Source of the DNA: Nitrospira sp.
Lineage (GTDB): Bacteria; Nitrospirota; Nitrospiria; Nitrospirales; Nitrospiraceae
Assembly (NCBI GenBank): GCA_016788465.1
Contig: JAEURV010000186.1
Span: 988 to 64,987 of the forward strand
DNA length: 64,000 nt
Direction: 5' to 3'
In this document: positions 8,441 through 18,222 of the stretch, piece by piece
How the letters are laid out: each line of letters starts with the position of its first letter
How positions within the stretch are numbered: the first letter of the stretch is position 1
Notes under the pieces: generated by a model
What the model was told of the DNA's origin: nothing
What the model saw: only the letters and a program-made list of their open reading frames with translations
The model's database searches: none
Made by a program: the position numbers and the translations under genes

Positions 8441-10777
8441 TTGGTGACCGGGCATGCCGTCTACAGATCCCGATCACTGATGGTTGTGGCTCTAGTGGCT
8501 TCTGTCTTTTGGGGTGTGCTCGATGTTTTGGGACAGGGGGTTGAGCCTAAGGTGGCCTCGATCGACATCCGGGGGGCTAAGCGAATTGAGGTCCCGGCCA
8601 TTGTCGGGCGTCTCACACTCAAGCCTGATGATTCGTATACCTCTGAACGTGTGCGTGGTCAGATTCGAATTCTGTACGACACGGGATTTTTTGAAGATGT
8701 GCAGGTGGAAACCGAGTCGGTTTCAGCCGGGGTTGCTGTCACGTTTGTCGTGCGGGAAAAGCCCTTCATCAGTGAGGTCGTCTTTGATGGAAACGAGCAC
8801 CTGAGTGACGAGAAATTGAAGGAAAAAACGACCATTAAGAGCCAGACTTTCCTCGATCAGCAACAGGTGAAGGAAAGTGCCGAGCGATTGCGCCTCGTCT
8901 ACCAGCAGGACGGTTACTATAGTGCGCAAGTCATTCCAGTGATTCAGGCAATCGACGAAGATCGGATGCGCCTGATCTTTCACGTGACGGAGGGAGAGAA
9001 GGCGAGAGTCAAAACGGTGATTTTCGACGGACTGACTGGAACCAGCAAGGCGGAGTTGCTCAATGTGATGGCGACCAGAGAATGGGTCCCTTGGTATGGC
9101 CTAGTCACGAAATTGAAACTTCCCTCTTTCTTCTCTGATGCCGGTGTGTTGAAACGTGAAGAGATGGGGAATGACGTCGAGCGGATCAAAGAGGTCTTGT
9201 TGAACAAAGGGTATTTCAATGCCCGAGTCAGCCAACCCTCCGTTGAATTGACCGAAGATAAGAAGTGGTTCACTGTCACCTACGCGATTTCTGAAGGCGA
9301 ACCATTTACGGTCGGAGAGGTCGGGTTCCGCGGGCAGACGGTGTTCGAGGATCCCGAGCTTCGAGCCGGGTTGAAGATTAAGGATGGGGAGATCTTTCAA
9401 CGGGCAAAAATCAGGGATGAGATGACTCGGTTGACCGATCTGTACGGGAGTAAGGGGTATTCCTTCGCCGAGGTGGTGCCCAGCGTCAATCCGAACAATG
9501 AAGAGCGGACGGTCAATATCATTCTCAACATCAAAGAAGGCGAGATGATGCGCATCCGGCAAATCAATATCTACGGGAATGATAAGACGCGCGACAATGT
9601 CATTCGACGGGAAATACGGGTTGATGAGCAAGATGTGATCGATACCGCCTCACTGAAGCGCAGTTTTCAGCGATTGAATAACCTGAACTTCTTCGAGACG
9701 GTTGAGATTCTGCCGAATCAGGTTGCGCCGGACAAGGTGGATCTGAACGTACGGGTGAAGGAAAAGCCGACCGGCATGTTCAGTCTAGGCGGAGGTTTCA
9801 GCACTCTCGACCGGCTCGTGGCAATCGCCGATATCACGCAGGGAAATTTGGGCGGGTATGGATATCTCGGTCGCATCCGCGGACAGCTGGGCCAGCGCCG
9901 AAGCCTCGGCTCCATCACCTTCCGCAATCCCTATCTCTATGACTCGTTAACGTCGCTTCAGGTGGACGGTTACCGCAGTATGACGAACTATCTTTCCTAT
10001 TTTGAAGAACGGACGGGTGGAAATGTCACACTTGGTCGATGGCTATCGGAATATGTGACGGGGAGCGTTAGCATCTTTGGGGAACAGATCACGTTCAGGG
10101 ACCCACAAGCAGGTATCTGTACGCCTGGGGCTGAGCTTGTACCAATTGTCTGTCAACAGTTAGGGACACAGTCGTCGACGGGGTTTCGATTTGCGCTGTT
10201 CCGAGATACCAGAGACTACTACCTCGATCCCAGGACCGGTTGGCGAATCGGCGGTGGGTTTGATATCGGGACACCTCTGATGGGTGGCACCAACAATTTC
10301 ATCAAGTACCATGTCGACGTGATTAAAGTCACCCCATTGCCTTTCGATATGAGGGTTTCGCTGCGGGCTCGCTACGGTGAGGTTCAAGCACTTGGCGGAA
10401 CCACGCGGATTCCACTCAGCGAACGCTTTTTCGTGGGCGGAATCAACACCATGCGCGGGTTTGCTTTCGGACGAGCTGGTCCCGTCGTTCCCACGACTCG
10501 TGCTCCCATCGGTGCCGCGAAGCAGTTGATCTTCAGCAGTGAGTTGATCTTCACGATCTCGGCGGAGGCCAAATTGAACGGGGTGATCTTTTTCGACTAT
10601 GGCAAAGGGTTCGATGAGGATGAACCGTTGTCGATCAATTTGCGGCCTGCAGCAGGTCTCGAAGGGCGGTGGATCTCTCCCTTCGGTCCCTTGAGAGTAG
10701 CCTATGGAATTAATCTTGACCCCCGGACTGGTGAACGAGCCGGCGTGTTCGAGTTTACGATCGGAACCTTGTTCTAA
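8441..10777 (+). CDS. bamA: Outer membrane protein assembly factor BamA
   Basis: 778 aa. Signal peptide, repeated POTRA-like units (IDIRGAKRIE.., VVFDGNEHLS.., VIFDGLTG.., VGFRGQTVF.., INIYGNDKTRD), and a C-terminal beta-barrel ending in an aromatic residue (..FEFTIGTLF). The start is uncertain: TTG 8441, GTG 8444 or ATG 8480. Confidence 0.9.
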   Translation: MVTGHAVYRSRSLMVVALVASVFWGVLDVLGQGVEPKVASIDIRGAKRIEVPAIVGRLTLKPDDSYTSERVRGQIRILYDTGFFEDVQVETESVSAGVAVTFVVREKPFISEVVFDGNEHLSDEKLKEKTTIKSQTFLDQQQVKESAERLRLVYQQDGYYSAQVIPVIQAIDEDRMRLIFHVTEGEKARVKTVIFDGLTGTSKAELLNVMATREWVPWYGLVTKLKLPSFFSDAGVLKREEMGNDVERIKEVLLNKGYFNARVSQPSVELTEDKKWFTVTYAISEGEPFTVGEVGFRGQTVFEDPELRAGLKIKDGEIFQRAKIRDEMTRLTDLYGSKGYSFAEVVPSVNPNNEERTVNIILNIKEGEMMRIRQINIYGNDKTRDNVIRREIRVDEQDVIDTASLKRSFQRLNNLNFFETVEILPNQVAPDKVDLNVRVKEKPTGMFSLGGGFSTLDRLVAIADITQGNLGGYGYLGRIRGQLGQRRSLGSITFRNPYLYDSLTSLQVDGYRSMTNYLSYFEERTGGNVTLGRWLSEYVTGSVSIFGEQITFRDPQAGICTPGAELVPIVCQQLGTQSSTGFRFALFRDTRDYYLDPRTGWRIGGGFDIGTPLMGGTNNFIKYHVDVIKVTPLPFDMRVSLRARYGEVQALGGTTRIPLSERFFVGGINTMRGFAFGRAGPVVPTTRAPIGAAKQLIFSSELIFTISAEAKLNGVIFFDYGKGFDEDEPLSINLRPAAGLEGRWISPFGPLRVAYGINLDPRTGERAGVFEFTIGTLF

Positions 10778-10791
10778 AGGGAGAAGTTGTT

Positions 10792-11367
10792 GTGACGGAG
10801 CTGAGGGTGAAGAGAATGCGGCCACGCTGCTCGGGTTGGCGACTGAGCTGGATGTTGGGCCTGATGGGCATCCTGTTGGTTGTGGGCGGGTGTTTGAGCT
10901 CGGGCGCAAAAATTGAGAGTAAGATCGGGGTGATCAACGCGCAGCGTCTTCTGAACGAAACGAATGTGGGAAAGCGGGCGAAAGACATTCTGGCCTCCTT
11001 CTCCAAGAACCGGCAAGCATTGATGGAGTCGGAGGAACGGGAGTTGCGGCGGATGGAGGAAGACTTTGCACGGCAGGCATCCATTCTGAGTCCCGCGGCG
11101 AAACGGGAGCGCGAGGAGCAGTTTCGTCGACGCATGCAGGAGTATCAACAAAAGGCCGCGGAATTGAATCGCGAGGTTCAAGAAAAACAGAAGGAAGTCT
11201 TGGAAGGGTTTCGTGACAAAGTCGAAGCGGTGGTTGCAAAGGTAGCAAAGGGTTTGGGAGTGCAGGTGGTTGTTGATAAAAGTAAGGGAGGTCCGACCAT
11301 CTATCATGAAGAGGGGTTGGATATCTCAAATCAAGTGATCGAAACGTTTAACCGCGAATACCCGTAG
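10792..11367 (+). CDS. OmpH/Skp-family periplasmic chaperone, possibly lipidated
   Basis: 191 aa, Lys/Glu/Gln-rich coiled-coil body typical of Skp, directly after bamA. The N-terminus MLGLMGILLVVGGCLSSG resembles a lipobox. GTG start, with an alternative ATG a few codons downstream. Confidence 0.75.
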   Translation: MTELRVKRMRPRCSGWRLSWMLGLMGILLVVGGCLSSGAKIESKIGVINAQRLLNETNVGKRAKDILASFSKNRQALMESEERELRRMEEDFARQASILSPAAKREREEQFRRRMQEYQQKAAELNREVQEKQKEVLEGFRDKVEAVVAKVAKGLGVQVVVDKSKGGPTIYHEEGLDISNQVIETFNREYP

Positions 11368-11387
11368 CGTGTGCGGGGAGGTAGGGC

Positions 11388-11930
11388 ATGATGAATCGTA
11401 TCAATATGATCGTGCTGGCCGTTCTGTGGTGCACAACTCCATGGGCGACGCCGCTGTATGCAGGAGACTCGGCTAGGGTAGGGGTGATGGATCAGCAGCT
11501 CGTCTTTGAGCGAAGCAAGGCGGGGAAGGCGGCTTTGGAAGATATGGCTGGCTATGCCCAGACCAGACAAAAAATTATCACTTCTGATGAGCAGGAGCTC
11601 AAGGAATTACAGCAATCCTTGGAGGATCCTAATACCAAGCTTACCGATGCTGTCCGTCAAGAGAAGGAAGAACAGCTGCGGGGCAAGGTCGAGGCTTATC
11701 AGCATCGGGTGCAGGACTTCAATCGAGAAGTGCAACAGAAGCGAGGGGAAATGGTTGCGGAATACTCGCGGAAGATCGCGGCAGCTGCGCAAGCCGTCGC
11801 TCAAAAGGAAGGCTATGCGGCCATTCTGGACAAGGGCACGGACTCGATGCTCCGCATCGTCCTCTATCACCAGGCGACGTTGGATGTGACGGAGTTGATC
11901 ATTAAAGAATTTGATCGGCAAAACCCTTAG
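11388..11930 (+). CDS. skp: OmpH/Skp-family periplasmic chaperone (second copy)
   Basis: 180 aa. Signal peptide [25 protein letters not shown] followed by a charged coiled-coil body ([26 protein letters not shown]). Confidence 0.8.
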   Translation: MMNRINMIVLAVLWCTTPWATPLYAGDSARVGVMDQQLVFERSKAGKAALEDMAGYAQTRQKIITSDEQELKELQQSLEDPNTKLTDAVRQEKEEQLRGKVEAYQHRVQDFNREVQQKRGEMVAEYSRKIAAAAQAVAQKEGYAAILDKGTDSMLRIVLYHQATLDVTELIIKEFDRQNP

Positions 11931-11956
11931 GTCAGAGACAGAGAGGAGGCAGGGCA

Positions 11957-12409
11957 ATGGCATCGGTCGAGCAGGCTGAAATTCAAGCATTACTTCCCCA
12001 CCGGTATCCCTTCCTGTTGGTGGATCGAGTAAAAGAGTTTGAACCTCACAAGCGGATCATCGGGATCAAAAATGTGACGGTCAATGAGCCTTTCTTTCAA
12101 GGGCATTTCCCGGGGCGTCCTGTCATGCCCGGGGTGTTGATTATCGAGGCCATGGCACAAGCGGGGGGCGTGCTGGTGTTCAAATCGGGAGGGACGGTCG
12201 GCAAAACCATCATGTATTTGACGGGTATTGAGGAAGCCAAATTCAGGAAACCGGTCGTTCCGGGTGATCAGCTTCGGTTTGAGATTGACGTACTCAAGAA
12301 GCGTCCGCCGTTCTGGAAGATGCAGGGAAAAGCATTCGTAGACAATGAGGTAGTGTGTGAGGCGGTGGTGACCGCGATGGTAATGGAAGAAAAGACCGAA
12401 GCGCAATAA
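11957..12409 (+). CDS. fabZ: 3-hydroxyacyl-ACP dehydratase
   Basis: 150 aa with [14 protein letters not shown] and [23 protein letters not shown], the hot-dog fold catalytic His motif. Confidence 0.95.
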   Translation: MASVEQAEIQALLPHRYPFLLVDRVKEFEPHKRIIGIKNVTVNEPFFQGHFPGRPVMPGVLIIEAMAQAGGVLVFKSGGTVGKTIMYLTGIEEAKFRKPVVPGDQLRFEIDVLKKRPPFWKMQGKAFVDNEVVCEAVVTAMVMEEKTEAQ

Positions 12410-12522
12410 TCAATCATTGTCACGTGTCAACCTCCACGCCGCAGGGTCCGATGGGTGCACGGTCTGGGGGGCGTGGTCGAAGGATCGTGGTTGACGGCTG
12501 ACGAATCTTAAAGGGGGCAGGT

Positions 12523-13341
12523 GTGAAGATACATCCATCAGCGATTGTCCATCCCAAGGCCACGCTCGATACTGATGTCGAGATCGGGCCCTTCTGTGTC
12601 GTTGGAGAACACGTGACCATTGGAAAGGGGAGTCGCCTCCTCTCTCATGCGAACATTGATGGGTGGACGGAGATTGGGGAGCGAAACGAAGTGCACCCGT
12701 TCGCTTCCATTGGAGGGCCTCCTCAGCACCTGGCGTATAAGGGGGAACCGACAAAGGTCATTATCGGCGATGACAACGTGATCCGTGAGTACGTCACGAT
12801 CAATCGGGGAACCGTCCAAGGTGGGGGGGTGACCTCTCTCGGGTCCAAGGGCATTCTTATGGCGTATGTACATGTGGCGCACGATTGCCGGCTCGGCAAC
12901 AACATTATTATGGCCAATGCAGCGAGCTTGGCCGGACATATCACGATCGGAGATCATTCCGTCATCGGAGGGTTGACCGGCGTGCTTCAGTTTGTGCGTA
13001 TCGGAGACTACGTCATGGTCGGAGGGTGTTGCGCGATCGGTCAGGATATTCCACCATTTACGTTCGCGGCCGGTGGGTATCGTGCGCATCTCTACGGTCT
13101 CAATACGGTGGGGTTACAACGACACGGCTTCTCGACGGACCGTATTGCGTCGTTGAGGAAGGCGTTTGATCTGCTCTTCCGAACAGGTCATCGAACGGCT
13201 GAGGCGATCAAATTAGCGAGGAAGGAGTTCAAGGGACAGGAGGATGTGGCCAAGATTCTTGCGTTTATGGAGGGGACTAAGCGCGGAATCTCGAGGGCTG
13301 TCAGCTCGGACCTTGAACGTGAATTCGATCAACCGGTATGA
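12523..13341 (+). CDS. lpxA: Acyl-ACP:UDP-N-acetylglucosamine O-acyltransferase
   Basis: 272 aa. GTG start preceded by AAGGGGG. Contiguous hexapeptide repeats (IHPSAIVHPKATLDTDVEIGPFCVVGEHVTIG...) plus the LpxA-type helical C-terminal domain. Sits in fabZ-lpxA synteny. Confidence 0.92.
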   Translation: MKIHPSAIVHPKATLDTDVEIGPFCVVGEHVTIGKGSRLLSHANIDGWTEIGERNEVHPFASIGGPPQHLAYKGEPTKVIIGDDNVIREYVTINRGTVQGGGVTSLGSKGILMAYVHVAHDCRLGNNIIMANAASLAGHITIGDHSVIGGLTGVLQFVRIGDYVMVGGCCAIGQDIPPFTFAAGGYRAHLYGLNTVGLQRHGFSTDRIASLRKAFDLLFRTGHRTAEAIKLARKEFKGQEDVAKILAFMEGTKRGISRAVSSDLEREFDQPV

Positions 13342-14207
13342 CATCGAGTACGATGGCTCTCCCCATGCCTATAGTGGACGGTCGAATCGGGGTGATTGCG
13401 GGGAATGGGCGATTTCCGATCATCTTTTCCGATAATGCCCGCAAGATGGGTCTTCACGTGTCTGCGGTGGCCCATGAAGGCGAAACAGAACCGGAGCTCG
13501 AGCAGCATGTTGACCGTATTCATTGGGTCAAAATCGGGCAACTCAATAAATTGATTAATGCCTTCAAGGCCGATGGCATACGTAATGTCGTGATGCTGGG
13601 AGGTATTAAAAAGACGCATATCTACAGCAACGCTCGTCCCGATTTTCGCGTGTTGGCGTTGGCGACGAAATTGGTTCTCTGGAAAGATGACGATATTCTT
13701 CGTGCGTTGGCGGCGGAGCTCGAAAAGGATGGCATCACGATCTGTGAGTCGACCTTCGGCCTCGACGGGATTTTGGTCACCGAAGGCACCTTGACTTCTC
13801 GCCAGCCTACGAAAAAAGAGTGGGTCGATATCCGGTACGGGTGGGATGTTGCGAAGGAGACCGGGCGTCTTGATATCGGGCAATGCGTGGTCGTCAAGGA
13901 CCGAACCATTGTGGCTGTCGAAGCGGTTGAAGGAACCGATGAGGCGATCAAGCGCGGAGGCGCACTCGCTAAAGAGGGTGTGGTGGTCGTGAAGCGCTGC
14001 AAACCGCAACAGGACCTTCGATTTGATTTGCCAGCTGTGGGACCGAGGACGATTGAGATCATGCGGTCCGTCAAGGCATCCGTGCTTGCCGTTGAGGCTG
14101 GTCGGTCGGTGATGCTGGATCGAGACGTGCTTCTTCGTGACGCTGAAGATGCAGGGATCGCCGTTGTCGGCGTGGCTCGTGAAGCAGAGTCCAGTGCGTC
14201 GACCTGA
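13338..14207 (+). CDS. lpxI: UDP-2,3-diacylglucosamine hydrolase, LpxI type (DUF1009)
   Basis: 289 aa with GVIAGNGRFPIIF, VVMLGGIKK and VEAVEGTDEAIKRGG. ATGA overlap with lpxA. Occupies the lpxA-lpxI-lpxB position known for LpxI-type lipid A clusters. Confidence 0.8.
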   Translation: MTSSTMALPMPIVDGRIGVIAGNGRFPIIFSDNARKMGLHVSAVAHEGETEPELEQHVDRIHWVKIGQLNKLINAFKADGIRNVVMLGGIKKTHIYSNARPDFRVLALATKLVLWKDDDILRALAAELEKDGITICESTFGLDGILVTEGTLTSRQPTKKEWVDIRYGWDVAKETGRLDIGQCVVVKDRTIVAVEAVEGTDEAIKRGGALAKEGVVVVKRCKPQQDLRFDLPAVGPRTIEIMRSVKASVLAVEAGRSVMLDRDVLLRDAEDAGIAVVGVAREAESSAST

Positions 14208-14312
14208 GTCAACGAAGACGTTTCGGAAGCCGGAGATCTGTTGATCGCTTGGTTTCAGCGACTCAACAATTCAGTCGAATCAAGAGATTCCCAGGTTCAG
14301 TTTGAGAGAGAT

Positions 14313-15248
14313 ATGGTCAAACTTCGCGCCGGTGTGATAGGGGTCGGACATCTCGGGCAGCATCATGCGCGTCTCTATGCCGCATCGCCGGATACGACGC
14401 TGGTTGGTGTCGTGGATCAAGATGGCGAACGGGCCTCAGCCATCGCTCAGAACCACCGTACACAGGCATTCCGTGAACTACCTGAGCTTCTGAAGCAGGT
14501 TGATGTCGTCAGCATCGCCGTACCTACCTCCGGTCATTACGCTGTTGCAAAGGCTTGTCTCGAAGCTGGAAAGCATGTCCTTGTAGAAAAGCCGATTGCA
14601 GTCTTGCCGAGTGAGGCGTGGGCCCTCGTCGAGTTGGCTAGCCGTCGCGGCTGCACTTTGCAAGTCGGGCACAGTGAACGGTTCAATCCCATCATGTCGT
14701 TGATGCGCCCCCATCTACACACTCCGATATTGTTCGAATCTCATCGATTGGGCACGTATAGTGAGCGGGGCACCGATGTCGACGTTGTGCTCGATCTCAT
14801 GATTCATGATATTGATCTTGTGCTTTCTTGTAACCCTGGCTCCGTCGAGACGGTGTGGGCTACTGGTGGGGTTCTGCTTTCTTCAACCCATGATGTCGCC
14901 AATGCACGCATCCAGTTTAGCGAAGGTAGTATCGCACAGCTGACCGCCAGCCGGATCTCGCCAAAGGCTATGCGACAATGGCGAGTCTTCCAACCTGATG
15001 GGTGCGTCACGATCGATTTTCAATCTCGGCAAGGGGTGGTGGGGCGCCGATCGGTTGCTTCTGATGGAAAATCGACGATGGCAATGGAAGAGATTCAAGC
15101 CGGCAACGCAGAACCGCTCAAATTACAGCTTGAATCGTTTCTCCATGCCGTCCGTGAGCGATCTTGCCCCGTCGTCTCTGGTGAAGATGGAGCCGCGGCG
15201 GTAGAACTGGCGCATCGCGTGCTGTCCGTCATGAAGAAGGCGGGGTAG
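14313..15248 (+). CDS. Gfo/Idh/MocA-family NAD(P)-dependent oxidoreductase
   Basis: N-terminal Rossmann motif MVKLRAGVIGVGHLGQHHARLY, plus EKP (VLVEKPIA) and the family C-terminal domain. The start is placed at ATG 14313 rather than the TTG at 14241. Confidence 0.75.
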   Translation: MVKLRAGVIGVGHLGQHHARLYAASPDTTLVGVVDQDGERASAIAQNHRTQAFRELPELLKQVDVVSIAVPTSGHYAVAKACLEAGKHVLVEKPIAVLPSEAWALVELASRRGCTLQVGHSERFNPIMSLMRPHLHTPILFESHRLGTYSERGTDVDVVLDLMIHDIDLVLSCNPGSVETVWATGGVLLSSTHDVANARIQFSEGSIAQLTASRISPKAMRQWRVFQPDGCVTIDFQSRQGVVGRRSVASDGKSTMAMEEIQAGNAEPLKLQLESFLHAVRERSCPVVSGEDGAAAVELAHRVLSVMKKAG

Positions 15249-15351
15249 TAGAAGCGGCCCGAGCCTCCTTGACCGAATCGACAGGATCAGGTTTCATCGG
15301 CGGGGCTCTTCCAACCACGATACTCGTCTCAAACCTGTTTAATGGGCCACC

Positions 15352-16482
15352 ATGGCACGCATTCTGATCGTAACGGGTGAAGCCTCGGGTGACCTTCATG
15401 GGGCCAATCTGGCCAAGGCGCTCAAGGCCTGTGATCCTCATGTCTCTGTGGCAGGAATTGGCGGCCATGCTATGGAGGTCGCCGGGGTGGAGTTGGTCTG
15501 CAAAATGGGGCAATTCGATGTCATGGGTATGGTCGGGCCCCTGGCATTGTTGGCCATCATTCGGCGATTCTTCTTTATGCGACGATTGTTTCTGTCTGAA
15601 CCTTGGGATGCGGTCATCTTTGTCGATAACCCAGGGTTGAATCTACGGTACGCCTATTTTGCCAAGAGTGCGGGGCTAAGGGTGTTCTATTATATTGCGC
15701 CGCAGATTTGGGCCTGGGGACCTTGGCGGATGTACTGGATCAAGAAACGAGTCGATCAAGTGTTGGTGATCTTGCCGTTTGAGCAACCTCTTTTTGAGAA
15801 AGCGGGTATGCGATGTACGTTTGTCGGCCATCCCATCCTTGATGCGGTCGGCGGGCCCTATGATCGGGCGGTGCTACGCAGGAGGTTTGGCTTCTCTGAT
15901 GAGGAACGCGTGATTGCGTTGTTGCCAGGAAGTCGGGCCCATGAAGTCCAGGTTCTACTGCCGATCCTGCTCTCTGCTGCGGAAAAATTGGTGCAGCATA
16001 GACCAGGAACGAAGTTTCTCCTGGCACAAGCCTCCACAATTCGGGATAATCTGCTACAACCGTTCCTCCAACAGGATCGAGTATCGGTCACCGTGGTCAA
16101 AGAGCAGACCACCGAAGTGCTGGCGGTGTCCGATTTTGCATTGGTCAAGTCTGGTACAGCAATATTGCAAGCAGCCGTGGTGGGAACCCCTATGGTGTTG
16201 CTCTATCAGATCAGTGCACTGGAATGGTGGATCGCGAGTTTCTTTAAGCGAGTCAAATGGATCGGGCTGGTGAATTTGGTGGCCGGTCGATCCCTTGTGC
16301 CGGAGTTGTTACAGCATGAGGCCACGGGCCAGCGGCTCTACGAAGAGGCGCTGCGGATTTTGGAGGATCCGACGGCCTATGCTGAAATGAAGCGGAGCTT
16401 GGCGCAGGTACGAGCAGCGTTAGGCGAACCCGGCGCATCAGCGAGAGCAGCCGAGGTGGTATTGGCGGCATGTCGGGCTTAG
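15352..16482 (+). CDS. lpxB: Lipid-A-disaccharide synthase
   Basis: 376 aa. The N-terminus ILIVTGEASGDLHGANLAKAL and overall GT19 layout match LpxB. Conserved neighbourhood. Confidence 0.9.
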   Translation: MARILIVTGEASGDLHGANLAKALKACDPHVSVAGIGGHAMEVAGVELVCKMGQFDVMGMVGPLALLAIIRRFFFMRRLFLSEPWDAVIFVDNPGLNLRYAYFAKSAGLRVFYYIAPQIWAWGPWRMYWIKKRVDQVLVILPFEQPLFEKAGMRCTFVGHPILDAVGGPYDRAVLRRRFGFSDEERVIALLPGSRAHEVQVLLPILLSAAEKLVQHRPGTKFLLAQASTIRDNLLQPFLQQDRVSVTVVKEQTTEVLAVSDFALVKSGTAILQAAVVGTPMVLLYQISALEWWIASFFKRVKWIGLVNLVAGRSLVPELLQHEATGQRLYEEALRILEDPTAYAEMKRSLAQVRAALGEPGASARAAEVVLAACRA

Positions 16483-18218
16483 AACGATTCAAACGACTGA
16501 TGGGGTATGTGAAACCGTATCGGACGCGGTTTCTGGCGGCCTTTGTCTGTTCAGGCTTGGTAGCGCTCTTAAGCGGGGCCTATGCATGGCTCGCCAGACC
16601 GGTATTGGACGATATCTTCATTCAGAAGAATGAGCAGATGCTAATGGTACTGCCGCTGGTGCTCTTAGGCGTTGCAACGTTGAAAGCCGTGTTCAGTTAT
16701 GGCGTGGGATATTTGATGGCCTATGTCGGAAACCGGGTTGTGGCGGACATCCGACAGGAATTATTCCAGCAGCTTATGCGGCAATCGGTTGGGTTTCATG
16801 ATGCCCATACATCAGGGCGCCTTGTGTCACGTGTTGTGAACGATGTGGGAATCATGGCAAATGCTGCATCGAGTGTCGTGAAAGATATCTTCCAAAACGG
16901 ACTCACCTTTCTCGCGATGGTCGGAGTCATTCTCTATCAGAACTGGAGGCTGGCGGCGATTTCGATGGTTGTCATTCCCCTTTCGGGATTGACCATGGCG
17001 CGGGTGGGAAAGAGGTTGAAACGACTAGCGACCAGCGGACAGGAGCAGATGGGGGACTTGTCCTCGACGCTTCAAGAAACCTTTTCCGGGATCAGGGTTG
17101 TGAAAGCCTTCGGTCGGGAGGAGGCAGAGGCTGAACGGTTTCATCGGAGAAACCATGCATTTCTTTCCACGACATTGAAGTCCAATCAGGTGTGGTCGCT
17201 CGGCCATTCACAGATGGAGATCATCGGAGTCATCGGTGTTGCCACGATTATTTGGTACGGAGGGTACCTGGTTATTCAGGAGCTGATGACACCAGGAGCA
17301 TTTTTTTCATTTATGGCTGCCATGTTCATGGCCTATACACCGATCAAAAAACTCTCCGGCTCCAATAATCTGATCCAGCAGGCGCTGGCAGCGGCTGAGC
17401 GGGTTTTTGACATGCTGGATTTGGAAACCGAGCAGTCTCAGAACCGTGGGACGATTTCGCTGATCCAAATCAGTCAGGCGATCGAATTTCGGAACGTCTC
17501 CATGCGGTATGAGAATCAATCGGTTCCTGCGCTTACCAATGTGGACTTTTCCATTAAACCCGGTGAAGTCATCGCACTTGTCGGAGGCAGTGGAAGCGGG
17601 AAGACGACGCTGGTCAGTTTGTTGCCACGGTTCTATGAACCAACATCCGGGGCTATTTTCATCGATGGTGTTCCTTTGACCTCCTACGAATTACGATCGT
17701 TGCGGGCACATATCGGAATTGTTTCGCAAGAGGTTGTCTTGTTCGATGATACGATCAGCAACAACATTGTGTTTGGAAGAACCGGTGCCGATCAGGCCGA
17801 TATCGAACAGGCTGCCAAGCTGGCCTATGCGCATGATTTTATTCTTCGTCTCCCGAAGGGGTACGATGCGGTGATCGGGGAACGGGGACTCAAGTTATCG
17901 GGTGGTGAACGGCAACGGTTGGCCATTGCCAGAGCCCTACTGCGGGACCCTCCATTGCTTATTTTGGATGAGGCAACCTCGGCGCTTGATACCGAGTCTG
18001 AACGGATTGTGCAGTTGGCCTTGGCTAATTTGATGAAGAATCGAACAACGGTGGTAATTGCTCATCGGCTGTCGACGATTCAGAACGCGGATCGAATCGT
18101 TGTCTTGGATCGAGGCATGATCGTTGAGGTTGGCTCCCATGAAGAACTGATTCGACAGGGCGGGGTGTATCGCCGTTTGCATGCGTTGCAGTTCCAATCC
18201 GAAGAGTTGACACGCTGA
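16470..18218 (+). CDS. msbA: Lipid A export ABC transporter (ATP-binding/permease fusion), MsbA-like
   Basis: 582 aa. Six-helix TM domain, Walker A GGSGSGKTT, signature LSGGERQRLAIARA, Walker B LLILDEATSALD. Located between lpxB and waaA. Confidence 0.85.
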   Translation: MSGLERFKRLMGYVKPYRTRFLAAFVCSGLVALLSGAYAWLARPVLDDIFIQKNEQMLMVLPLVLLGVATLKAVFSYGVGYLMAYVGNRVVADIRQELFQQLMRQSVGFHDAHTSGRLVSRVVNDVGIMANAASSVVKDIFQNGLTFLAMVGVILYQNWRLAAISMVVIPLSGLTMARVGKRLKRLATSGQEQMGDLSSTLQETFSGIRVVKAFGREEAEAERFHRRNHAFLSTTLKSNQVWSLGHSQMEIIGVIGVATIIWYGGYLVIQELMTPGAFFSFMAAMFMAYTPIKKLSGSNNLIQQALAAAERVFDMLDLETEQSQNRGTISLIQISQAIEFRNVSMRYENQSVPALTNVDFSIKPGEVIALVGGSGSGKTTLVSLLPRFYEPTSGAIFIDGVPLTSYELRSLRAHIGIVSQEVVLFDDTISNNIVFGRTGADQADIEQAAKLAYAHDFILRLPKGYDAVIGERGLKLSGGERQRLAIARALLRDPPLLILDEATSALDTESERIVQLALANLMKNRTTVVIAHRLSTIQNADRIVVLDRGMIVEVGSHEELIRQGGVYRRLHALQFQSEELTR

Positions 18219-18222
18219 ACTG

